Made by a program: the position numbers and the translations under genes
The notes under the pieces: model-generated
Told to the model about the DNA's origin: nothing
The model's database searches: none
What the model saw: the letters and a program-made list of their open reading frames with translations, nothing else
Part shown: piece by piece, positions 1 through 11,356 of the stretch
Position numbering within the stretch: the stretch's first letter is position 1
How the letters are laid out: the number at the start of each line of letters is the position of its first letter
From: Trichinella spiralis
Lineage: Eukaryota
Length of the DNA stretch: 44,658 nucleotides
Assembly: GCF_000181795.1 (NCBI RefSeq)
Contig: NW_003526941.1
Span: 7,987,954-8,032,611 of the forward strand
Direction of reading: 5' to 3'

Positions 1-797
1 CAAACCAACGAGTGTTTAAATCTTTCACTGCTCTTTCAGCATCTTCTTCGCGTTTAAACTATTGTTCAAAATAAATCAATGAAACGTTCTCAAACAAACA
101 AACAAACTACTTACTTTTATATAAACATTTCCAATCATGTGCTCTCCTATGTTATCACATACGTTCATCTCTTCTATTTCGCCATACTACAAAACAAAAT
201 TTTAAAAATTGACTGAAAACGCTAAACAAATTATACTTACCTTATCTTCAACTTCATCAAAAATTTCTTCAAAAAATTCATCAAAATGCTGCTGTTCGTG
301 AGAATCCGTCACTCCTACTAAATTTTTTCAAAATTGACATTACAAAAAAGAGACAACTAAATTGAAATTTTGAAAAAGCAGTAAATTTCGTGAAGAGCTA
401 TTTCAATGAAGAGCAACCTTAAAAAATCACACGGTTAAGTTTTTTGCTCAGAAGCTGTAGCAATCTAAATTTCTAAATATTGTTCAACTTTTTCACCCAT
501 AACCCACCACAGTTCACCTAAAGCTCCCTGAAAAATAAAATTCCTAAAAAACCTAAAAGAAAAGTTCATGGATGTCGAGACCTTTCCAAAAACAAACTGT
601 TGATGGACGTCCAATTACATCGCGTCCAAATTGGCAGCAAACTTATATCCTACAAGCACTTGCAATTATGAACATATTGTGGAAAAAACGATAAATGCTG
701 AAGTTTAAACAATTTAAAACTATTATTTCAATACATTTTCATAAAAAATATCATTCGAGACATATTAAACATTAAATGTAAAATACTCCATAAGTTA

Positions 798-829
<32 letters not shown>

Positions 830-1203
830 GGTCGCCCTCAAATTTTCAGTGAGAAATTATTCTGCCCTTACCGCAAGTTAATTTTATTATGGAACTTACA
901 TAATGCAGCTTCTGCGCGATGAATGTCCATTTTCGGATTTTGATAAAGATTTTGCAAAAGGATAGTCTAAACATAATCACAAGTTGCAATTACAAAAAAT
1001 AAATGTATCAACTCTTACTTGACTAAATGTTGGCCTGTTATGAATACGCGAACACTTATCACCATGACGGCAAGCCCCTATTTTAAAGTAAAACGAACAG
1101 TTAACCCTAAAATAGAACGTTTCAATATATGCATAACTTTCTGGATATTATTATCTTACTTATCCTTTTCAGTTCCAAATATCGAAGCCAAATACTCTGC
1201 CAT
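1..1203 (-). CDS. U2AF1: Splicing factor U2AF small subunit (U2AF35/uaf-2), 5' part; continues beyond window start
   Basis: Exons 1203-1160 ([15 protein letters not shown]), 1106-1019 ([33 protein letters not shown] zinc finger), 966-900, 317-241 ([13 protein letters not shown]), 186-115 ([24 protein letters not shown]) and 58-1 ([19 protein letters not shown]). All introns are GT-AG with compatible phases. Confidence 0.97.
797..828. repeat. (TA)n microsatellite in U2AF35 intron 3
   Basis: tatatatgtatatatatatatatatatatata read directly. Confidence 0.9.
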
Positions 1204-1953
1204 TATTGACAACGCAGCTTTACAAAATAAACGTACAGAATGACCCAATCATTTACCGTAAGCATTTGACGATGGTCAAGTTTATACTAACCTGAAATTA
1301 GAAAAAAACCTTTTATTTCGAAATAATGGAACTGCAGTATATTTGTATTATAAAAGAAAACTTAATTTTACAAATTTAAATATGTAAAGGCGAATTTTCT
1401 ATCAATATATACTGAAACTATTTAAATCATAAAGTGATGTTGTCAGACATTCGATGAAGCAGCAGGCAGCGGAAACGTTAAATTAATAATAAATGGAATA
1501 CAAAGCAATAAAATTGAAATTTTTCGATTTATATAATGTAAATATTTAAAATGCATTTCAATCTCAAAGTACAACGATCAGTCAATAGGTACAGTCGTTA
1601 AAAAAGGCATGTGATGATGTATTTATAGTTTTCACATTTATTCTTTAGTAATTTGCAATGTATTCGCTTGTAAATGAGTGCATAGATGAGAAAAGAGTTT
1701 AGTTAATGTATCCGTACAGTGTATTGAATGAATGGGGAAAAATTAATCAACCAAAATGATGTAAATTGTTCATGATATTGAACAAGCGAAAACTGCGCCG
1801 ACCCTGATGCTTTAAAGACCGCTAACGGCGGCATATTTTGTCTATTACGTTTAATTTGCATAATAAGAATGAGCACAATTATGTTCGAGTAGTGCATTGA
1901 ATGTTAGTTGAAAAGTTTTACTTTATCGTGAGCGCCGCACAAACGACACCGGT

Positions 1954-4385
1954 ATGTCTTCAAGTTTAACTAAAACAAATCGATCTGTAAACGGTAAACA
2001 ATTTAAATGTCCAAATTTTTAAACGATGATTTTACTTTGTTTTTTTGTCCTTTTAGAAGCAAATAACAACACACAAACAAAACCGATGACTGATTCAGAA
2101 TCAGCCAACAATGGTCAGCGCAAATCACTCATTGACACTTTCATTGATCGCAACGAAAAATATTGGGTAATTTATTATATTATTTTTTTTCAATGAACTG
2201 CAATGAATGAAGCTATAAAATTTTAGGCTAATCGGGTTGTGTTGAAATTCGACGTTTCTTATACAGATCACAGTCACATCATTGGCCGACACGGAGCCAA
2301 CACTCAGAATGTGATGAAGCAAACCGGCTGTTATATTCACTTTCCTGATTTGAATCGCTTCTCTCAAGTAGAGAAAAGCAATATTGTAAAAAAATTTCAT
2401 TTCATGAATTCCTCAATTAAATATACGCTTGCTAAGCATTTTTTAAATTTCAGGTTTCTATTACGGGTCCATTTGCAATGATCGAAAAAGCACGGCGTGC
2501 AATTCGGGTAAAATTTCCTTCCAATGTTGCCCGTTTACAAATTTGAATTATTTTTCCCCCTTCCAGGATTTATCTCCACTAGTGATCTCAATTCAGTTGC
2601 CAAAAGAGTACGACAGCAGTCGACTTTTCGAACTTTTTCAAGAGCCATCTTTGTACGATGCAGTTTCACAAGGGATGCTTTTTCATGTTCGAAATGATAC
2701 GGCTAGCCAATTGCCATTTTTAATTGTTCGCGCATCTTGCCATCAAGTTGAAAGTGTTCTGCTGGTTATAACACTGTTGAAACGTCTTTTATCTGTTCAA
2801 GTAAGAGTAATTCACTTGTTTAAGCAAATTGGTGGGAAAATGAAATCTAGTTATTTATTGTAAAATGAAAAATTATTGTTTATAAATGAATTTTCTGCAG
2901 GGTTTACTGTGCTTCACATCATTGCATATTTTGAAACCAGCTCAACGCAGTGTTCTGGGAGATGACGAACGAAATGTTCAATGGATTAGTGATTGGACGG
3001 GTGCTACTATTTTTTATCCAAAACGCGGAAGCAACGCTGCTCTGTTTTTTATCCAAGGTTCCATAGAGCAAGTGTTGCTGGCTCGAAAGTGTTTACTAGT
3101 GAGATGATCGATTGTGGTCGTTCGTTTCTTTTGCAGTTTTTGTTTAGGCATTTCAACCATTGTCACTAACGTTTGAATGGCGTCGAGATAGTAATAATAA
3201 CACCAATGAGTCCGATTTGCAACGTTTAAAACGTGATTTGGCTGTTTGCATTGATGTTAAATACAATAGTGATAGTGAAGAGCGACTAGTTACAGTAACC
3301 GGTAGAGAATGTCAAGTTAATGAAATGTATCAAGTGCGAGCGGTGCTGGTTTCCAACGGTATTGATAATGATAATGAAGAACCAGTCTGCGATGAATATG
3401 ATATAATCAAAAATCGTCTACTGTCGTCATGTCCATTTTACACAGAAGCACAGTCATTTGGCTTTTGGTCACCGTCGATGTATCTTTGTTATCCAACAAC
3501 TGGCTTGCCTTGTCATCGTTTAGCTTGCATCAACTGTGCTCAAACTGTATTCACCGATGATCGTGAGTTTGATATGAAAAACAAACGAACTTGTAGCATT
3601 ATTTTGCGTTGGGTTTTTTTAGCATTGTATTATGATCAAGAGCAATGGCAAGTTGGCAATTGGTATGACGAGACAAAATTGGATTCTGGTGAAATGCCGG
3701 CTGTTTCGCCTTCAATTTTTCCCACGCTTTGTTGTAAAACTTCTCGTCGGGCAAGGAACAAGCTTCGCTGGTTCCAAATCAGACGATCACTTCGTCTGCG
3801 CAACTTGCCAACATCCGACTATGGAAAATGGAAACTCTGCGCCGAACGAGCCATCGAAGCTCGCCTAAGTGGAAAAAGCCGTCGTCCAACGGCTGTGTGG
3901 TGCGGTGCTGGGTTCAGTCGGTCGACGGCATGCTTGAATACTAAATTGCCGGCCTCGCCTGCATCTCCAGGTTTATTATGTTTTTTCTTCAAATTAGCCT
4001 TTTGCTTCATTGATGAAAAAAGTTGCAATTTCTGTAGATGTGCATGAATTTCGTTCGCTTCCGGCCACTCCCATCTATGGCAATCGATTGAGGCGCATTG
4101 ACAACTTGCGTTCGTTGTTGCAAAAGTTGCGCCTTGAAAAGTACATCGACACATTCCAAGTGTTGAAAATTGATTTGAGTGACATGCCGGAAATGGGCGA
4201 AGCTGAACTGAGACACATCGGCGTCAATCCTGCCGGCAGGCGACGTATCCTCGGTGCCATTACAGGTATTAATAAATTTGGAAAATTTTATTCCCTTATT
4301 TGCATATTATAATTTCTTCATCCGTCGTGTCTCTGTTGCAGAAATCAGAGCCAAACGATCGCTATTCAAAACAGCCAAAATTTGA
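1954..4385 (+). CDS. BicC: Bicaudal-C family KH + SAM RNA-binding protein (divergent)
   Basis: KH domain LKFDVSYTDHSHIIGRHGANTQNVMKQTGCYIHFPDLNR...VSITG matches BicC. BicC linker motif RRPTAVWCGAGFSRS. C-terminal SAM domain LRSLLQKLRLEKYIDTF...ELRHIGVNPAGRRRILGAI. Spliced stop TGA at 4383-4385; start ATG 1954 is tentative. Confidence 0.88.
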
Positions 4386-4685
4386 AAACTGTGACTTGTT
4401 ATTCAAACATTCACTCCTGTTAATAAGACGCAAAGCATTGGCAATCAAAAAAAATTCCATTTTTTACCATTTTGTTCGATGCATTACAATGTTGTGCATG
4501 TTGTTTGTTTTTTTTTCTTTCTGAATATTTCGCCGGTGTATTTCATTAGTAAAACAATTTTACCTGCAATTCTGAATCGTTAACATGATATGTTTAATCG
4601 ACTTACAAATATATATACATGCATATATATATATAAGACTACATGCAGTTAGTACAAATAACATGGCAAATTATGCAGCTGCTGT

Positions 4686-6190
4686 CTAAGCTGGCTGTTT
4701 GACGCGTAAAACTGCTGGCACAGCTGTGCATGGTAGCATACGGATTTCACTGACAACACCAGTTACAAATTCAGCAGGTAAAACCTCACATCCGGACCAA
4801 CAAGCTTCATTCGAAGTTGTCATCACTTTCTCGCAAAATTTATAAGTCTGACAAAGTACCAAAACTGGAATATTTTTAGTCTGAGCTATTTGCGCCACCT
4901 GACAACATCCAACTGATGCCAACACATTGCCATTGGCCAAAATACCAAATGCACCAAGGATAATTAAATTTACATGCCGTAGTACATGACGAATGCCGTT
5001 CAGCAATGCATACTGCGTAGGAATGTCACATGGTACGATCTGTTGGACAAGCTTGAAACCTAAATCAACAAATGCTGATGTTATCAAGCAGAAGAAGAAC
5101 CACCAATATTACCGTCGCCCTGCGGTCCATCATCGATAACAACTGCTTCAAAATCGATGCCCATTGATTTCATTTTACAAAAGCATTTTCCAATAGTTGA
5201 TGAACTACAATTTTCAAATATTTACATAAATCGTCATCATGATAATGATATCAATATAAATTTCAAATACTCACTAAGAATACGTCAGAATTACAGGCTG
5301 TTCTTTCATCTTTTTAACGACATCTGCTACAGTCATTGTAATAGCTGTAGTTGCCAGTGTTAAATTTTGCTCTTGAAATTCTTCCAAAAGATCAAGAAGT
5401 GATCTTTTCACCTTTAATTCATAAAAGTAAAACAAAATTGAATAAAGAGAATATTATGACAATTTACTTCTTCTTCGTTTGCATCTTCTAAAGCAGAAAT
5501 TTGATATTTTAGCTGCTTTGATAATGTTGAAATATTTGGTGGAAATGGCGTCTCGCCAGCAATGTATCTATAAAATTTAATATTTTACAATTTGCTTATG
5601 CTGTTAACCTAAATTGCAATTAATACATACAGAAAACAAAACAAAAAAAATTAATACTCACTGAAAACAACAGTCGATTAAAGTATCTATTTCTCTACGA
5701 CAACTTTTTCCAGGAGAAACACTGTAATCTTCAATCATCTAAATAAAACAACAATAATTCAATGAAAAATAATCACTATGCAAAAAAACAAAAAGTTCAA
5801 CCTGTTTTAAAGCTTCCAATACGGTTAAAGTTTGTGTTTCAACATCTGAAGGACACTGCTTCAAATAATCAGCTCCAAGATTTTTGAAACTGATATGCGG
5901 TTCAATCCCGTCATACATTTTATTTGCATTCTTCTGTGAAATGGCATCCGCTTTACTTTTTGAGGTAAAATTATCTTTTTGAACAAGATCAGAGTTATGC
6001 TTGTCAATCTGAGCTACTGCATTCAAACTGCTTTCACCTCCAACTTTGCGCTCCGCTTTAGCAGCTCGCTGAGCTTCCTAAATACATTTATCAATTAATC
6101 AAAAGCTAAACTAACAAACTGCAAAACCTGAATAGCTCGGCGCTCAGCCCGCAACTGTGCTTTACTCTTTTCCCCCGGAGGTACAGACAT
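4686..6190 (-). CDS. EIF2B4: Translation initiation factor eIF2B delta subunit
   Basis: N-terminus MSVPPGEKSKAQLRAERRAIQEAQRAAK. C-terminus ILGAFGILANGNV...IPVLVLCQTYKFCEKV...VSEIRMLPCTAVPAVLRVK is characteristic of the delta subunit. Multi-exon. Confidence 0.92.
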
Positions 6191-7062
6191 GACACGCAGG
6201 AAAATGGCGCAGCTGAACTCTGAAACACTGATAGAAATCACTAAGCCAAAACTAAAAATACAAATAACACAAATTATTTTCCATTGATACTTTTAAACTA
6301 GAAAAAAAACATTAAAAGCAGAAATGTAGAAAAATAAAAATCTTTAACATTAAAAATAGCCATTCTAATTCATATAAATTAACTAACAAGAAATATTAAT
6401 ACATTGAATACAAAAAATTATCACTACAGTAACACCTATATGCTTTTTACAACTGCAAATAAAATGAAGAACAAAGTGTTTCAGTAAATTCATCCAAAGT
6501 ATATTATACTAGCAATGAAGATTTTCAACTAATTACGCTAATAATAATAATAATACTTTATGAACAATTTCAAAACTGTTGCATTTTGAAAAGTCGAACA
6601 AAAAACATAAAATTCACAAACAAATAAAAAACATACAATTTTTAATACGTTAGAAGATCATCTTGCAGATAACTTTATAATATCTTAAAAATATTACTCG
6701 ATATTATGTGAAACAGAACAAAAGGACAAACGGTGCAGCTGTGCAAAGCTCCAATTCTTCACAGCAGAAATGAACTTTATACTGTAAAAACTGCAAGTTC
6801 AATTGTTATCTCCTTGTTTTTACCGTAATATTCTGTCAACTTTTTTTCTTTTGCAGCTTAATATTTGAAAAATTATATATTTATATTTATATTTATAAAT
6901 TTTATATAAATTAAATGTTTTATTTTAATTCTTAATTCTGCTTAAGCATTGAATTTATATTCCATTTAACAAAGTATTACATCAGTTTCAATAAAACTTA
7001 TTACGGCTTTGGTAAATTGTGATTATTTTTTGTTTTAGATTGTTTTTCATAATAATTTTGCA

Positions 7063-9635
7063 ATGGCTACAACGGAATCGAGCCAAAATGACGTTGGAAT
7101 ATTTTTGAAGACTACAAGTTATAATGTGCTCTTACAGGTGCAGTATTTATTCTTTTTGGATATATTTGCTAAATTCATGTAATTTTGAATCTAACTGTTT
7201 TATTTCCTTCCAGATTGCATTTAGATCTTTGACATTTCTTGTAAATGCAATATTGTTGCATTTGATTCCCATTTCTGTACTTGGCGTTGTGAACGTTCGG
7301 TGAAATTGCTGATTTTAAGCGTTGCAACTGTTAACTAATTAAATGGATATTTTTAGCCTTATGCTTTTGTATGGTACAGTTTATTACTTTTCTCGGGAAC
7401 CATTTCGTCGTTCTTGTCTTCAAAGAGAAGAAAACTCTTTGAGAATACAAACTATAAATGTCATGTGGTTGTGGTAAGCGAAGTGCATTGTTTTATTTTT
7501 TGTAGTATATCTTTTTTTCTTTATTTAGTCCAGCAGTGAGTTTTTGTCTTTCATTGCTTTTTACGTTTATTTGGGTGTTTCTACTCCCTGATCCAAGCGA
7601 AGATACATCCACAAAATACTATGGCATTTCAGCATGCATATACGCTTTATCGACCGTGATTGAGACATTTGCTGAACCATTGTGTATTATTGCCCAAAAT
7701 TTGAAGCAGTTTCATGTTAAGGTTTGCTCTTTAAGAATATAAATGAAATAATTATATAAGAATGCATGATTTGTTTAATGCTGAAAATGAGTATTCTATC
7801 ACGGAAATTAAAACAACAACAGACAGTTAACAGTAAAAAGAACTTTAATCCAGATTACTAAATTTAAAATAAAAATGTGCGCATGTTATTAGTTCAACTA
7901 GAATTTCGAATTTTAGTTGAAGTTTCTTTGAGCTGAAGCTTTTACTGTATTTACAATTCAGGTATAATTTCAGTTTATTTGTTTTTATTTTATGTAAAAT
8001 TGGAAAATTACATAATATTGTTTTAGATGATTTTTGAAGCCGTTCAAATGATTATAAAACAATTTTTTTCTTTGTTTCTGGTATATTTTTTTCCAAATTT
8101 ATCTTTGCTTGCGTTTGCTTTTGGAATGGTAAGCATTGAATCATTGTTATAATTGAACATGCTTTCAGCATGTGCTGAATTTCAGGTTGTATCTTCTTCT
8201 GCGTATGCAGTCCTTTATTATTTATATTTTTTAAATGGATTTTTCAAAGCCAAAGGCAGGCAGATAAATGATCTACACGAGCAGAATACAGTTTCGGTTT
8301 TTCCTCAGTTTTCGAAAGGTAATCTTTATGTGACTTGTACAAAATTCGACAGTTTTAATTTTAGGGTTTGATAGTGAGACCTTGACTCTTGTTTATGGAT
8401 TTTGGAAACATGGAATGATAAAACAGCTTTTAACTGAAGGTAATTTTGAATGAAACATTTAATACAATTTATAATCAGTATCATCTTTGAGGTGAAAGAT
8501 ATGTAATGACGTTCTTCAATTTGCTGAACTTCAGGGATCAAGGTAATCCTTTTCATTATATTTATTTATTATAATGATCAATTTATATATGGTTTGAAGG
8601 TGTATTTGATGTGGTGAGCAATCTGGGCTCACTAGTTGCTCGCGTTGTACTTGCTCCTCTGGAAGAGAATGCGTACATCTATTTTAGCCAACATTTGATT
8701 CGTGGAGTGCCGATAAAAGCCCAACCGAAGGCATTATTCGTTAATAATAATTATTAATTTTTTTATTCATTAAATTTCTTTAGGATGAATTTGCTGTAGT
8801 TCACGATACTTTTAGCAATTTGCTAAAATTGGTTAGCATGATTGGCTTAACTTCCCTTGTATTTGGACAAGCTTATTCATATCCTTTACTAAAACTGTAT
8901 GGAGGGCGTTCTTTGATTATTGCATCTGGGCCTTCACTTCTCAGAATGTATTCTTTTTACGTGCTTCTGATTGCTCTGAATGGCATAACTGAATGTTTCA
9001 TGTTTTCTATAATGCGACTGATAGAAGTGGATAGGTAGGCAATTTTTTGTTTTTAATTATATCTAAAAAGTGAATAGTTTTTTTATCTTAGACACAAACT
9101 CTGGTTATTTTATTTTTGCTTGGTTTTTCTTCTTTCTGCAGTTATACTTTGCCAGTTGTTTGGTAGTATAGGCTTCATTATGGCAAACTGTATAAATATG
9201 ATTTTCCGCGTTGCTTACAGGTAATTTCAGCAATCGCTAACCTTAATATGAATATTAATGACATTATTTTTCTTTTCTAGTTGCTGGTTTATAGCTCGAT
9301 TTTATCGAGGAAAAGATTCATCGCTTTCATGCGCTTTGTGGAATATTATTCCTAGCTTTCACATACTAAGCGTGATGTTTATTAGCTTGTTTGCGACATC
9401 CATTTCATCGGTATATAATGAAGTTATTTATGTTTTCCTTTAGAAAAATTTATTAGAAATTCATTATTTTCAGATGATTTTTTGCTGCGATGGCTTTTTT
9501 AACACAGCCGCTCACATTGTTATCGGTGGCTTACTGTTTGCTCTTTTATTCGGTTCTGTTTACAACAGTGAGCCGCAGTTGATAGTCTTCGCTAAAAAAT
9601 TTATGATCAAATCAAAACAAGAGAAGATTGTTTGA
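7063..9635 (+). CDS. RFT1: RFT1 lipid-linked oligosaccharide translocation protein
   Basis: Spliced peptides SYNVLLQIAFRSLTFLVN, GVVNVRLMLLY...SREPFRRSCL, KQLLTEGERYVMT...DQGVFDVVSNLGSLVARVVLAPLEE, ALNGITECF, GFIMANCINM. Many transmembrane segments. Confidence 0.95.
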
Positions 9636-10194
9636 ATTTTAAAGCAGTTTTGCAAACTTGAAGACTTACACTTTGTACGATACACTTGTTCTGAAAGAAT
9701 ACAATGCAATAAGAATTACAGTATTCCTGCGTTTATTATGAAAGTGCTATAAGAAGTATAAAATTTTGAATATGAGAAATGGGAAATTCCTTTTGATGTT
9801 AAAGTTTGTTGTGTTTGCAAGAAAAATGACGAATTTAAATGCCTGATCTTATTTATACACTTTTTATAGTTTTATATACCCATTGTCATTACTTTAATCA
9901 AACAGCGACATTCAATTTCATACTGTACAATAGAAAAATAAACTTGATTACAAATTTACTGTATTTATGTGTTTAGGCATGGTTATGCATTTATAAGTTG
10001 AGGTTTCTTGCGCATTTGACTCTCAATTGATTAGAGTAAAACATTTTTTATATTATTAAATTCAGTTTAACATCTGCTTAAGTAGTTTGCTGTATGTTGA
10101 ATCTGTTGTACTTTCTCTGAATGTTAAATTCCTTTATTATGTTTTACTGTGTTATTTTTAGATTTGCAAAGTTGAAGTCCAGTTAGAAACAACA

Positions 10195-11239
10195 ATGACC
10201 GATGCAAAATTACTAGCTGCGTCGGGGTTTCCCGTTTATAATCCACACGAAAAAATATCAGACGGTGTATGTTTTGTTTATTATTTTCGAATGAATTTGT
10301 TTTCTACTTATGCTTTTAATTTTCATTTTAGACTACTTTAGTTGCTTGTGAATTTGAGCATGGTGTTATTATAGCAGCAGATACTCGTACTTCTAGTGGG
10401 TGAGGTGTTTAGTAATCAGCATCTCTGTTTGAATTTGATTGTTCTAATTTATATCAGATCACTGGTAGTATCGCGGGTGAGCAATAAAATCAGTCCTGTA
10501 TCAGAATACATTTGTTGCATGCGTTCCGGTTCTTCTGCAGATACGCAAGCCGTCGCAGATATTGCAAAATATCAAATCAGCGTTTACGAGTTAGTTTTGA
10601 ATCTTAAATTATTCAGTATCTTTTAGCAATGTTTTTGGCTCTTTGGTTTGTAATTTTTCACAGAATGGAACACAAATGCAGCATACCTGTTTCTATTGCT
10701 GCCGAGATATTTCGCAGCATATGCTATCGTTACCGCAACGATATCACTGCTGGTATTATTGTCTGCGGATGGGATTCTGTTAATGGTGGTCAGGTACAAA
10801 TAATTTTACATTGAAAATGTGCATTTATATTCAAAAAGTGATTATTGTCAAGATTTATTCCATTCCAATCAGTGGAATGATTATGAAGCAATGCTGGACT
10901 GCCGGTGGGTCGGGAAGCGTTTATGCGATTGGCTATTTGGACACGAACTTTAAGCCAAACATGACTGAAGAGGAAGCGAACAACTTTATACGAAAGGGTA
11001 AATGGTTAATATAATAATCAAAAGTGAAATTTCATCACCAAATCAAATCAAGTTGATTTTAAAAAGTGTTGTTTATTTCATTTGAATGAATTAATAATTT
11101 TACTGCAGCGTTGGCAATTGCAATCTCTCGTGATGGTTCGAGTGGCGGTTGTATTCGGCTCTGTTCCATCACTGAAAAAGGCATGGAACATTCATTAATA
11201 CCGGCGGATCAAGTGGCCGATCTTTTGAAATCATCTTAA
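10195..11239 (+). CDS. PSMB6: 20S proteasome beta-1 subunit (PSMB6/pbs-1)
   Basis: Propeptide ends ISDG|TTLVA (catalytic Thr1). Motifs ADTRTSSG, CMRSGSSADTQ, GWDSVNGGQIY, GGSGS, SRDGSSGG. Confidence 0.95.
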
Positions 11240-11356
11240 TTGAACAATAGTCAAACAAAGACAGCAAAGTAGGAAAAAAGGGTGAATTTAAAATAAATAT
11301 AAATTTATGGAAATTTGCTTTTGTTGTTCTAATTAAGCTTTGATTTTATTGATTAC

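Noticed and set aside
233..243. ATACTTACCT resembling the 5' end of U1 snRNA
   Set aside because: It is the reverse complement of the U2AF35 exon 4 donor (AG|GTAAGTAT), and no other U1 sequence follows.
318..899. Possible duplicated mutually exclusive 67-nt exon, as in vertebrate U2AF1 exons Ab/3
   Set aside because: Exon 966-900 is 67 nt, but I found no second homologous copy in the flanking introns.
7893..7921. 13-bp AT-rich hairpin in an RFT1 intron
   Set aside because: It is too short and AT-rich to support an ncRNA call, and no clear snoRNA box arrangement is present.
8729..8745. Possible GC-AG intron in RFT1 (AAG|GCATTA)
   Set aside because: An in-phase GT donor lies 9 nt downstream (TTC|GTTAAT), so a non-canonical donor is not required.
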